Source of the DNA: an uncultured Chloroflexia bacterium
GTDB taxonomy: Bacteria; Chloroflexota; Chloroflexia; QHBQ01; JADMIH01
NCBI GenBank assembly: GCA_963797095.1
Contig: CAWCNY010000005.1
Coordinates: 192,001 to 256,000 of the forward strand
Direction of reading: 5' to 3'
DNA length: 64,000 nucleotides
Below the pieces are notes generated by a model. That model did not search any database and was not told where the DNA came from. It saw only the letters and a list, made by a program, of their open reading frames with translations. The position numbers were made by a program, and so were the translations under genes. Position 1 is the stretch's first letter. Each line of letters opens with the position of its first letter. This document shows positions 47,071-55,988 of the stretch, piece by piece.

Positions 47071-49158
47071 CTATACTTCAATACCATCCTCATCGTTGCC
47101 CATCAATTGCGCGAGCACTTCCTCAGGGTCGGTGCTGGGGGCCTGGCAGATGTAGTTGCGGCAAATATAGGCGGTGGCTTTACCCTTCACCGCAGGCCGC
47201 CCTTCGAGCAACGGCACCTCGCGTGCAACATCTTCAGCGCCCGGCTCATAGGCTGCTACTACCTTGTTGGGAGCAAACGGCGTTCTGACTGCCCGTAGCA
47301 TAGCGTTCATATCATCGTGCCCGAAGTGCCCCACCAGCGCCACCTCGGCAGCTCCGCCCAGGTAGAAATCGAGCACCGATAGCATACGCCCGAATGCGGT
47401 GGGAGCGCGGCCCAACGCAGGAAGCAGAGGCTTGATGATCCCAAGCGCGTACTCCTCATATTCGGAGTTAGCGGTCAGCAGATAGAGCCGCAAGAGCGCC
47501 TCAGCCGCCTCCGAATTGGCCGATGGCGTGGCGTTATCGTACAGGTCTTTGGGGCGCGCCACCAGGGCTTCGTGATAGTCGGCGGTTGAAAAGAACCCTC
47601 CGCTCTTGCCGTCCCAGAAGTGCCCCGTGAGCAAATTGATCATATGCCTGGCTTCGCGCAGCCATACCGGGTTGAAATCCGATTCATAAAGGGAGATCAG
47701 CGCGCTCGCATACGCGGCGTAATCTTCCGCGAAGGCATCTATGTGGGCGCGCCCGTCCTTATAAGTCCTGTAGAAGCGTCTTTCCCCACCCTTAGCCTCA
47801 TAGCTCATCGTCTTTAGCACGAAGTCGGCATTGGCTGTCGCGATTCGCAGGTATTCCTCATTGTCCAGAAGGGCGGCGGCCTCCGCGAAGGCCCGCATCA
47901 TCAGCCCATTCCAGCCCATGAGCACCTTATTGTCGGTGCCTGGGTGTATTCTCCCGGCTCGTGCCTCATAGAGCTTCTTGCGCCAGCTTTGCACTCTTAC
48001 ATTCAAATCATCAGGGTCGATCCCATTTCGCTGTGCGAACTCCTCGATAGGCACATCCAGGTGCAGGATGTTGTGCCCCTCGAAGTTGCCGCGCCCGGCC
48101 GCATCGTATAACCGGCTGAATAGCTTGCCCTCTTCCCCGCCGAGTACGGCCACGATCTCGTCGGGGGTCCATACATAGAACTTGCCCTCCACGCCTTCGC
48201 TGTCGGCGTCCTGCGCCGAGTAGAAGCCTCCTTCGGGCGATGCCATCTCGCGGGCAACATAGCTCAACACCTCCTCGGCGATCTGCCTGTAGAAAGGCTT
48301 GCCGGTGGCCTGGTATGCCCACAAGTAAACCCTGGCAAGGAGGGCGTTATCGTAGAGCATCTTCTCAAAATGGGGCACCAACCACACATCATCCACGGAA
48401 TAGCGATGGAAGCCTCCCCCCACCTGGTCGTAGATGCCGCCAAGCGCCATCTTCCGGAGGGTTAGCTCGGCCAGTGCAAGGAGTTCGGTATCGCCGGTGC
48501 GCTTCCACTGCTTGAGCACAAACTCGATATTCATCGGCTGGGGGAACTTGGGCGCACCCGTTGTTCCGCCGTTCACCCGGTCGAAGTCGCGCAAGAGGTT
48601 GCGCACGGCTTCATCAAGCACCGCCACGCTCGGTTCGTTGCGGGAGGGCGGGAGCTCGCGCCCACCCGACAGGAACTGGCTCAACTCTCTGGCGCTCTGG
48701 CCCACGTCGGCTCGGCGCTCGCGGTAAGCGCGCGAAACCGAGGTGAGGACGCGCGGGAACGAAGTCATGCCGCGCCCTTCCTGTGCCGGGAAGTAGGTGC
48801 CTCCGTAAAACGGCTCGCCATCAGGGGTAAGGAAGACGGTCATAGGCCAGCCTCCCTGCCCGGTCATGGCCTGGATCGCGTCCATGTAGACCGCGTCGAG
48901 GTCGGGGCGCTCCTCCCGGTCCACTTTGATATTGACGAACAGGTCGTTCATCAGCGCCGCAATAGCGGGGTTCTCAAACAATTCGTGGGCCATTACATGA
49001 CACCAGTGGCAGGCCGAATAGCCGATGCTAAGAAGGATAGGCTTGTCCTCCTCCTTTGCCTTGCCCAGGGCTTCGCGTCCCCACGGATACCAATCGACCG
49101 GGTTGTCCTTGTGCTGGAGCAGATACGGACTGGTTTCCCCGGCAAGTTTGTTAGGCAT
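47071..49158 (-). CDS. Thioredoxin domain-containing protein (YyaL/SPATA20 family)
   Basis: Motifs [35 protein letters not shown] and [11 protein letters not shown]. The true start is ATG 49158, not the extended ORF-track start. Confidence 0.92.
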   Translation of the reverse strand: MPNKLAGETSPYLLQHKDNPVDWYPWGREALGKAKEEDKPILLSIGYSACHWCHVMAHELFENPAIAALMNDLFVNIKVDREERPDLDAVYMDAIQAMTGQGGWPMTVFLTPDGEPFYGGTYFPAQEGRGMTSFPRVLTSVSRAYRERRADVGQSARELSQFLSGGRELPPSRNEPSVAVLDEAVRNLLRDFDRVNGGTTGAPKFPQPMNIEFVLKQWKRTGDTELLALAELTLRKMALGGIYDQVGGGFHRYSVDDVWLVPHFEKMLYDNALLARVYLWAYQATGKPFYRQIAEEVLSYVAREMASPEGGFYSAQDADSEGVEGKFYVWTPDEIVAVLGGEEGKLFSRLYDAAGRGNFEGHNILHLDVPIEEFAQRNGIDPDDLNVRVQSWRKKLYEARAGRIHPGTDNKVLMGWNGLMMRAFAEAAALLDNEEYLRIATANADFVLKTMSYEAKGGERRFYRTYKDGRAHIDAFAEDYAAYASALISLYESDFNPVWLREARHMINLLTGHFWDGKSGGFFSTADYHEALVARPKDLYDNATPSANSEAAEALLRLYLLTANSEYEEYALGIIKPLLPALGRAPTAFGRMLSVLDFYLGGAAEVALVGHFGHDDMNAMLRAVRTPFAPNKVVAAYEPGAEDVAREVPLLEGRPAVKGKATAYICRNYICQAPSTDPEEVLAQLMGNDEDGIEV

Positions 49159-49169
49159 TGTTCTTCTCC

Positions 49170-49793
49170 CTATGCAAGCAGACTGAGCAGCGCCACCACC
49201 CCAAACCCCAGGATGAGTATACCTGAGATACGGTTTACCCACCACAGACCCCGAAGCGTAAACTTCCCCCTCAGCAGGCTCACGCCTCCGCTCAACAGAA
49301 GCCACCACAAAGCCGATCCTGTGAACACACCAAGCACCAGCAAGGTCGGGGCCAGGTAGTCTCCTCGGGCGCTGGCCAGCCCAAGCCCCGCGAACACCAC
49401 CACGAATGATAGGATGGTGGTGGGGTTGGTAAGGGTAAGCGCCAGCGTGGATAGGTAGGCTCCCACCAGCCCCGCCCGGCGGCTGTCGTTCTCGGCTGGA
49501 GAACCGGTGGGCCTGGAGATAAACGTGCGCACGCCCAGGTACAACAGGAAGAGGCCGCCCACAAGTCTCAGCCAGGCGGCCTGGCCTACCAGGAACGTCG
49601 AAATGAAGGTAAGGCCAAAGCCCGCTATCAATCCATAGGTGGCGTCGGCGGTGGCCGCGCCCAGGCCCGACACCAGCCCATAAGCGCGCCCCTCGGCCAG
49701 CGTCCGCCGGATGCAAAGCACCCCGATTGGCCCGACCGGGGCCGCGATAGAGAAGCCTATAAGTAATCCGCGCAAGTAAATCCAGGGGTCCAT
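49170..49793 (-). CDS. LysE family translocator
   Basis: Motifs [25 protein letters not shown] and TLTNP.TI. Confidence 0.9.
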   Translation of the reverse strand: MDPWIYLRGLLIGFSIAAPVGPIGVLCIRRTLAEGRAYGLVSGLGAATADATYGLIAGFGLTFISTFLVGQAAWLRLVGGLFLLYLGVRTFISRPTGSPAENDSRRAGLVGAYLSTLALTLTNPTTILSFVVVFAGLGLASARGDYLAPTLLVLGVFTGSALWWLLLSGGVSLLRGKFTLRGLWWVNRISGILILGFGVVALLSLLA

Positions 49794-49814
49794 GATTTGG
49801 TGTTCCAAGTTCCT

Positions 49815-49849
49815 GGTAGTCGGTAGTCGGTAGTCGGTAGTCGGTAGTC
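49815..49849. repeat. Perfect heptamer tandem repeat (GGTAGTC)x5
   Basis: Directly visible between azlD and lysE. Confidence 0.95.
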
Positions 49850-49868
49850 GGAGGATCCTGGGAAATGG

Positions 49869-50222
49869 TTAGGGGAGGAATCTCCTCAGCAGCCAGACCG
49901 ACACGACGCCGACCAGCATAGCAAGGAGCAGGTTCTTCAACCTGGCGGCCACCGCAGCCGTTATCAGCGCGGCCAGCGCCTCGGCCGGTCCTGCCGTTAG
50001 CGTGCCCGATTCGCCTCCCGCTTGCGCCCCCAGCAAGCCCGCCGGCACGATAGTGGGAGCAACAATAGCGATTAGCACGGCGGCGGGTACGTATCGAAGC
50101 CATGAGCTTAGCTTTCCCTGGAGCGACGCCCGGCTCAACAGGAGGAAGCCGCCGATGCGAGTGGCATAAGTTACCGCAGCCATCCCCAGGATCGTCAACA
50201 GCACCAGTGGATCAACCGTCAT
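49869..50222 (-). CDS. azlD: AzlD family branched-chain amino acid exporter small subunit
   Basis: Motifs [10 protein letters not shown] and [10 protein letters not shown]; overlaps azlC. Confidence 0.82.
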   Translation of the reverse strand: MTVDPLVLLTILGMAAVTYATRIGGFLLLSRASLQGKLSSWLRYVPAAVLIAIVAPTIVPAGLLGAQAGGESGTLTAGPAEALAALITAAVAARLKNLLLAMLVGVVSVWLLRRFLP

Positions 50223-50937
50223 CTCGCAGACCTCCAGCCAGGCTACCCGCCAGCCCGCCCAACAATATGTACCACTTGCCGGGAAGGTAAAGCGCGGCCA
50301 CCACTGCCACCACCCCGGCCACCACCCAGGGCCCTATATCGCGCCTCCCCTTCCAAAAGCCAACCAGCAACCCCAGAAAGACGGCGGTGAAAGCGAAATC
50401 GAGGCCCCACTCTTCCGGCCTGTCGAGGATTCCGCCCAGCGTCTGCCCGACTACTGTGGCGCTTGTCCAGGCTACGAAGGCGACAAGCCCGCTTCCAGGC
50501 AGGAACGATACGTTGCGCCCGCCCCGCGCGAAGTACCCCATTGTCAGAGCCCAGCTTTCATCGTTCATGAGGAAAAGGGATATGTATCTTTGCCACCTGC
50601 GCAATCCCTCGATCCTCGGCCTTATCGCCGCCCCCATCAGCAAGTGCCGCAGATTTACCACCAGGGTGGTCAGAACTATGGCAGCGACTGGCAGGGGAGC
50701 CACCCACAGGCCAAGCACAGCGAATTGCGACGACCCGGCAAACACCATGGCGCTCATCAGGAACGATTCCAGCAGGCTAAGGCCGGCCTTCTGTGCGAGC
50801 ACCCCAAAGGTAAGCCCGTAGACGAAGATGCTGATGGCAAGAGGCACCATCTGGCGCGCGCCCTCCACTAGTCCCACTAGCGTGAAAGTCTGGTTGCTTG
50901 AGATTGTTACATCACCCACCATGTCATCTTCCGCCAT
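50212..50937 (-). CDS. azlC: AzlC family permease
   Basis: Motifs FAGSSQF, NLRHLLM, DESWA and GLDFA; RBS GGAGG before ATG 50937. Confidence 0.9.
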   Translation of the reverse strand: MAEDDMVGDVTISSNQTFTLVGLVEGARQMVPLAISIFVYGLTFGVLAQKAGLSLLESFLMSAMVFAGSSQFAVLGLWVAPLPVAAIVLTTLVVNLRHLLMGAAIRPRIEGLRRWQRYISLFLMNDESWALTMGYFARGGRNVSFLPGSGLVAFVAWTSATVVGQTLGGILDRPEEWGLDFAFTAVFLGLLVGFWKGRRDIGPWVVAGVVAVVAALYLPGKWYILLGGLAGSLAGGLRDDG

Positions 50938-50955
50938 GCACGTTCCTCCAGGCAT

Positions 50956-50991
50956 AAAAAGACCCGCCGGACCCTCATGGACCCGGCGGGC
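50956..50991 (-). terminator. Intrinsic terminator in the azlC leader (attenuator-like)
   Basis: GCCCGCCGG...CCGGCGGGT-CTTTTT ends 18 nt before the azlC start, downstream of the promoter. Confidence 0.75.
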
Positions 50992-51012
50992 TGATTGCCA
51001 CACAAAGCGCAG

Positions 51013-51102
51013 CTAACCAGCCTTCCCTAGCGGGTCGCCTGGCTGCTGCTGGTTTTCGACACAGCTAACAGTATATTTCCCTGGTGATAACCAAGTTTCC
51101 AT
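51013..51102 (-). CDS. Putative leaderless leader peptide METWLSPGKYTVSCVENQQQPGDPLGKAG
   Basis: The ATG lies 7 nt after the -10 hexamer and the stop is about 20 nt before the terminator. Confidence 0.4.
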   Translation of the reverse strand: METWLSPGKYTVSCVENQQQPGDPLGKAG

Positions 51103-51109
51103 GTGGCTC

Positions 51110-51138
51110 ATAATAGCAGCCACCACCACGTATGTCAA
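51110..51138 (-). promoter_or_regulatory. sigma70-type promoter of the azlCD-lysE leader
   Basis: TTGACA-17 nt-TATTAT with a TG extension. Confidence 0.7.
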
Positions 51139-51172
51139 TAGGTCTGAAGTCGCACTTTCACGTGAAAATGCG

Positions 51173-52036
51173 TTAGCTTTCCCCGGTCAAACCCCTAGCC
51201 TTGCCCTCGTCACCGGCGGTTGGATCTATGGCGCTGCCCACCACCGGAGGCCGCACATCATCACCTCTATCATCTGAATCTTTGGCCTGTTGCACGGCCT
51301 GGTCGCCGTCGCCTGTGGTTGGTGGGAGCGGGGATGTGGGAGGCATGGCTGACAACGACGGTTTAGCATCAGTTGCCGTGGGCGTTGAAGCCCCGGCACT
51401 GGAACTCGCCATCGCCATCAGCGACTGCTCGTCGAGAATTCCCGAGGGTGGATTGTTCGGATCCGAATCCGGCGTGGTCTGGGTCTGTGTCGTGTCGGGT
51501 GAAGGCTGCACATCAGGAACAGGCGTGCCCGACGCCTGGGCAGAGAGTTTGGGGATAGCCTCCATCTTGATAATTACCGCATCAGGTCCGATGCTGACTA
51601 TATCGCCCATCTCCAGCTCTGCCGAGGCATTACGCGCGGTCGGCACGATCTTGCCGCCCACCTCAAGAGTGGTAATGGTGCCGGTGCTCTCATCGAAAAA
51701 GACATCTTCCACCTTGCCCATCTGGTCGCCCGATTCCGTAAAAATATGCTTCCCTACCAGGCTGTCACGGTCGTCCATAATCTCCTTCACCTCGGGGAAC
51801 TGGTCTACACGTCGCACAGCCTTGCTGTCGGTAATTACAACGGCGTCCTTGCCGAAACTCACCACATTTTCCATCGCGACAGCAGTAGCCGCCGAGAAGA
51901 GGCCGCCCTCATCGAGGATCAAGGCCACGATACGCGAGTGATCTTTGCTGATCACGATATCGCGAACCGAATCGAGCCTCTCGCCGTCCATTCGGCTCAG
52001 CACTTTCTTACCGATAATGCTCTGTCCTTTCAGCAT
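51173..52036 (-). CDS. Tandem PRC-barrel domain protein with disordered tail
   Basis: Two repeats (IIGKKV...G..L..V.D....FGKDAVV and LVGKHI..ESG..MGKVED...IGPDAVI). Confidence 0.85.
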   Translation of the reverse strand: MLKGQSIIGKKVLSRMDGERLDSVRDIVISKDHSRIVALILDEGGLFSAATAVAMENVVSFGKDAVVITDSKAVRRVDQFPEVKEIMDDRDSLVGKHIFTESGDQMGKVEDVFFDESTGTITTLEVGGKIVPTARNASAELEMGDIVSIGPDAVIIKMEAIPKLSAQASGTPVPDVQPSPDTTQTQTTPDSDPNNPPSGILDEQSLMAMASSSAGASTPTATDAKPSLSAMPPTSPLPPTTGDGDQAVQQAKDSDDRGDDVRPPVVGSAIDPTAGDEGKARGLTGES

Positions 52037-52048
52037 GTGCGATACTCC

Positions 52049-52159
52049 TTATCTGGGTGAAAATACGAAGGAAAAGACCAGTATGGCTATGAGTACGATG
52101 GCGAGCACCACGAGCACGATCACCAGGACGGTGTTGTTTCTGCCCCCTCGCAAGCGCAT
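52049..52159 (-). CDS. Unannotated 36-aa single-TM protein MRLRGGRNNTVLVIVLVVLAIVLIAILVFSFVFSPR
   Basis: RBS GGAAGGAG before the ATG; the stop overlaps the RBS of the PRC gene. It is below the ORF-track length cutoff. Confidence 0.65.
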   Translation of the reverse strand: MRLRGGRNNTVLVIVLVVLAIVLIAILVFSFVFSPR

Positions 52160-52387
52160 AGTGCTCTCCTTCCGGCAAGTTCCAGGCCAAATGTTGTACC
52201 GTTCAATGTCACATTATACATGAGATTCCTTATAATGGTGGGTACAATACAAGGGCGAGCAACAGTAGCCAGCCTCAGATATAGGAACTGGCCCTGAGAG
52301 GAATGACGATGCAGCATGGCATCATAAATGCTACCTCGCGAGCCTGGAGATTGCTCAACGGGAGGTGGCACTCACACCGAAATCAAG

Positions 52388-52464
52388 GCAAAACAAAAAG
52401 CTCCGACAGACCCGAAAGTCCCTCAGAGCTTTTGTGCCTCCGAACAGCTTGCGCGTCCGAAGTA
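52388..52464 (-). ncRNA. Candidate two-hairpin small RNA ending in a terminator
   Basis: Hairpin CTTCGGAC-GC-GCAA-GC-TGTTCGGAG (52438-52462), then CAAAAGCTCTGA-GGGACT-TTCG-GGTCT-GTCGGAGCTTTTTG and a U tract. Confidence 0.5.
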
Positions 52465-52469
52465 ATCAC

Positions 52470-52498
52470 AGTATAGCGGATGTCGCATTGCCTGTCAA
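52470..52498 (-). promoter_or_regulatory. sigma70-type promoter
   Basis: TTGACA-17 nt-TATACT on the minus strand. Confidence 0.75.
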
Positions 52499-52583
52499 TA
52501 GGTTTCGCGGGCCAATTTCGGGCGATTTTGGGTCATTTTTGGAGGTCCCGCAAGGGACCCTATAACAACACATTGGAGACGAT

Positions 52584-54071
52584 ATGCATCGACCTTCCCA
52601 CTCACGCTTGATAGTCCTGCTGGCTGCGCTGGCGACACTCGCGGCGTGCGATTCGGGACCTTCTACCCCTACCGCCCCAGCCCCACCTACAACCACCACT
52701 GTCGCCACTGCAACCGCAGTCCCGGTCGCCACATTTACTGTCACCTCAGTTGCCCCGACCGAAGGCGTCACTGAGACCCAAACTCCAACGGGAAGCATCG
52801 AGGTGGTAGCGCGCACCCTCATAACGGAGATTGCGCAGGGTGAGTACGACAATGCTATTGCCAGCTTCAACTCGACGATGGCCCAGGAGCTGCCGGCCTC
52901 CAGGCTCGAAACTACCTGGAATCAGTTGATCGCACAATTCGGCCCTTTCCAAGAGCAGGGCGCGGCCCAGATCACCCGGCAAGACCCGTATGATATAGTG
53001 ACCATCCTGTGCGTCTTCGAGAAGGGAAACCTGAATGCCAGGGTGGTGCTCAACTCGGACCGCCGGGTCGCAGGCCTCTTCTTCGCTCCGGCTCCTTCGT
53101 CCACGCCCGGCGCCACGGTCACATCGAGCTATCAGCCTCCCGATTACGTCAACACAAATAGCTTCACCGAGCGCGAATTGAGCTTCGGCGATCCCGATTG
53201 GATACTCACCGGCACTCTCACAATGCCAAATACCGAAGGGCCGCACCCGGCGGTTGTGCTGGTGCAAGGCTCAGGTCCATCGGATCGAGATGAGACTATT
53301 GGCCCCAACAAGCCCTTCCGAGACCTTGCATGGGGCCTTGCGTCTCAAGGGATAGCCGTGTTCCGGTATGACAAGCGCACCTTCACCTACCAGGCAAAGT
53401 TAGCCACCATACGGGACGAGATCACCATCGACGATGAGGTAGTGGACGATGCTATCTCTGCGCTTGCTCTGCTGGTCAAGACCGAAGATATCGACCCCGG
53501 GAGGGTGTTTCTGCTGGGGCATAGCCTCGGTGCCTACATGGCCCCGAAGATAGCGCAAATCTCACCTGACGAGCATGGGTTCATCGCTCTGGCCGCGGAA
53601 GCCAGACCGCTGGAAGATCTGATCCTGGACCAATACACCTACCTCGCCAACCTCGACGGCTCCATCTCGCCCGACGAACAGAAACAACTGGACGCACTGA
53701 AAGACCAGATTAACAATGTCAAGAACTTGCAGCCTGGCTCCACCGTACCCGCCGAACAATTGCCGCTTAACGTTCCTGCTACCTACTGGCTGAGTCTACA
53801 AGGTTACAGTTCAACCTCTTTCGCCGCTGATCTTCACGAGCCGATGCTATTCTTGCAGGGCGAGAGGGATTATCAGGTCACAATGACCGATTTCGAGGAC
53901 TGGCAGCAAGCCCTGGCAGGCAAAGAGGATGCGATGCTCAAAAGCTATCCTGATCTCAACCACCTCTTCATGGAAGGCTCACAACCGCCGACACCAGCCG
54001 ACTACGAGACACCCGGCCACGTGGCAGCACCGGTAATCCAGGACATTGACCAATGGATCGTCGGCCATTGA
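52584..54071 (+). CDS. Lipoprotein with DUF3887-like domain and alpha/beta hydrolase
   Basis: Lipobox LAAC and motifs GSGPSDRDET, RYDKR, GHSLG, QGERDYQV and LNHLF. Confidence 0.87.
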   Translation: MHRPSHSRLIVLLAALATLAACDSGPSTPTAPAPPTTTTVATATAVPVATFTVTSVAPTEGVTETQTPTGSIEVVARTLITEIAQGEYDNAIASFNSTMAQELPASRLETTWNQLIAQFGPFQEQGAAQITRQDPYDIVTILCVFEKGNLNARVVLNSDRRVAGLFFAPAPSSTPGATVTSSYQPPDYVNTNSFTERELSFGDPDWILTGTLTMPNTEGPHPAVVLVQGSGPSDRDETIGPNKPFRDLAWGLASQGIAVFRYDKRTFTYQAKLATIRDEITIDDEVVDDAISALALLVKTEDIDPGRVFLLGHSLGAYMAPKIAQISPDEHGFIALAAEARPLEDLILDQYTYLANLDGSISPDEQKQLDALKDQINNVKNLQPGSTVPAEQLPLNVPATYWLSLQGYSSTSFAADLHEPMLFLQGERDYQVTMTDFEDWQQALAGKEDAMLKSYPDLNHLFMEGSQPPTPADYETPGHVAAPVIQDIDQWIVGH

Positions 54072-54099
54072 TCCGCACGAACCAGCTATCGAATAGTTT

Positions 54100-55503
54100 T
54101 CAGAACGTGGTAACGCCCGTGAAGGTGCAGCGCCCGAACCTCATGATGGGCACAAAATAGTTCTGGGTAGCCATGCCATTCGCCGCCCACCAGTCCTGGC
54201 ACGCTTTGCCTGTGCCCGTTTCTTGCAACGACGACAGTAGGTCGAGCACGCCCATCTCCAGCCGAAGGTTCTTGAGAGCGCCCACGATCTCCCCATCCAC
54301 TATCAAGAACGTCCCGTCGCGGGTCGTGCCGGTGGCGATCACACGCTTGCCATCGGGGCAGTGGGTGTAGTGGAAGCGCGTGACCAGCACGCCTCGCTTG
54401 ACATGCTGCACCATTTCCTCCAACGTTGAATCTCCCACAGGCATAACAATATGGTCCGCCGTCGGCCCGCCTGACCACCCACCAAAAGGACCAGCCGCGT
54501 GGCCCGTCGAGCGCGTGCCAACCTCCTGTGCGGTCTGCGCGTCATACACCGGCCCCTGCGCTACCCCATCCTTGATTATGTCAACTCGCGTGGCCGGGAG
54601 GCCCTCGTAATCTATCGGCAAAGGCAAACAGCGAGGGTCGGTCGGGTCGTCCCAGATGCTCACCACTGAAGAAGCCACAGGCTCACCTGTGCGCCCCGAC
54701 AGGAACGATTGTCCGTCGATAGTCTGCCTGGCCCCCATGCCCCACACAGCCGGGAACCGCAGCATATCGGCCACCGCGTTCGGCTCGAATATCGCCTCGT
54801 AGTCGCCAGGCTCGATTTCGGCCTGATCCTTGTTAGCCAAACACTTCGCGACTGCCTGGGCAGCCACGCGTTCAGGGTAGATATTCAAGGCGTCGCGATC
54901 AAGCGCATCGCCGTAACCTGTGCCGTCATTTCCCTCCACCAGGGCCTTCAGGTAAGCAGTGGTGTACGCAGCATAAGATCGGATGCCTGTGCTGCTGACC
55001 ACCGCCAGTTCCTGGGCTGATGACCGGTAGGTACCGAACGCCTTCAACCCCGCACGGGAAGCTTCCTCCACCACCCGCCTGATCGCCTCGGCGCGCGCCC
55101 GGGCAGGCATAGCAGCCGTCGACTCGAACCAGCATTGGGGTCGCTGCTCAGGTTGCGGGTAGCCGGTCGCGGGCGGAGGAAGGGGTGTCCATCGGGGATT
55201 GGGAGCCTGCAATCGTGCAAGCCCCACTGCACGTTCGATGGCGTCATGGAGGTCTGCCGTCGAGAGTGAGTTGCTGAAGACACGCGCGGTGGCCCGGCCA
55301 ACTGACACGCGCACCGCCACCTTCAGATCGACCTGGGCCACGTTCTGGTGGATTTCCGAATTGGCGTAGCGGGTGATTTCAGTGCTATCGCCCAGCAACA
55401 CAAGCTCGGTGGCGTCGGCGGGCGAGCCTTTGAGCGCGGCTTCAAGGAGCGATAGGCTCTCTGCCTCGCCAAGTAAACCCCGATTGTGCAGGCTATCGAC
55501 CAT
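54100..55503 (-). CDS. TldD/PmbA family protein (PmbA/TldE-like, no HExxxH)
   Basis: Motifs TRYANSEIHQN, PGDY..I.EP.AV, D.EG, STGHA and TGTTRDGTFLI.DGEI. Confidence 0.85.
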   Translation of the reverse strand: MVDSLHNRGLLGEAESLSLLEAALKGSPADATELVLLGDSTEITRYANSEIHQNVAQVDLKVAVRVSVGRATARVFSNSLSTADLHDAIERAVGLARLQAPNPRWTPLPPPATGYPQPEQRPQCWFESTAAMPARARAEAIRRVVEEASRAGLKAFGTYRSSAQELAVVSSTGIRSYAAYTTAYLKALVEGNDGTGYGDALDRDALNIYPERVAAQAVAKCLANKDQAEIEPGDYEAIFEPNAVADMLRFPAVWGMGARQTIDGQSFLSGRTGEPVASSVVSIWDDPTDPRCLPLPIDYEGLPATRVDIIKDGVAQGPVYDAQTAQEVGTRSTGHAAGPFGGWSGGPTADHIVMPVGDSTLEEMVQHVKRGVLVTRFHYTHCPDGKRVIATGTTRDGTFLIVDGEIVGALKNLRLEMGVLDLLSSLQETGTGKACQDWWAANGMATQNYFVPIMRFGRCTFTGVTTF

Positions 55504-55511
55504 GCCCAGGG

Positions 55512-55982
55512 CTAGCGGCCAACCGCCGCACCGATCTGCGCGATATGCTCGTCCTCGTGCTCGGCGATCTGGACGGCAATTTCCTGCACGCTCATAGGGC
55601 CGCGCACTTCGTGGGTGCCTTTGCGCTCCCAATCTTCAGGGCCCAGCCCCCGCAAGGCGTGAACAAGCTCTTTGCGCTTGAGCATCATGGTGTGCAGGAG
55701 ATCGGTCACGGGCAGGCTCCCGTAGCGAGCGACCTCAAGCCAGCGCCTCTCGTCGAACCCGATCAGAGGCGTGGCATCGCGTACCAGAATCTGGTATATG
55801 CGCGGCTCCAGGATGTCGTTGGCGGCCCGCACGTGTGCCATCACCTGCGCCGGCGTCCACTCGTCCTCCGAGCCTGCCGCCAGCGAGTCGGCGTCCTCAA
55901 GGCGCGAAAGCAATTCCGCAAACTTCCCGGGCGCAGCGGCTAATCTCTCTATCAATGCATCAACTTCGTTACTATCTGGCAT
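55512..55982 (-). CDS. DinB family protein
   Basis: Motifs WT..QVMAH, G.H...G..S and HEDEHIAQI. Confidence 0.85.
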   Translation of the reverse strand: MPDSNEVDALIERLAAAPGKFAELLSRLEDADSLAAGSEDEWTPAQVMAHVRAANDILEPRIYQILVRDATPLIGFDERRWLEVARYGSLPVTDLLHTMMLKRKELVHALRGLGPEDWERKGTHEVRGPMSVQEIAVQIAEHEDEHIAQIGAAVGR

Positions 55983-55988
55983 ATTCTC

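Noticed and set aside
49815-49849. Short repeats as a CRISPR array
   Set aside because: These are 7-bp tandem units with no spacers, and no cas genes are present.
49159-50103. 1010-aa ORF suggesting a large N-terminal extension on the YyaL protein
   Set aside because: The extension overlaps lysE and azlD in other frames and runs through the heptamer repeat. The family N-terminus begins at 49158.
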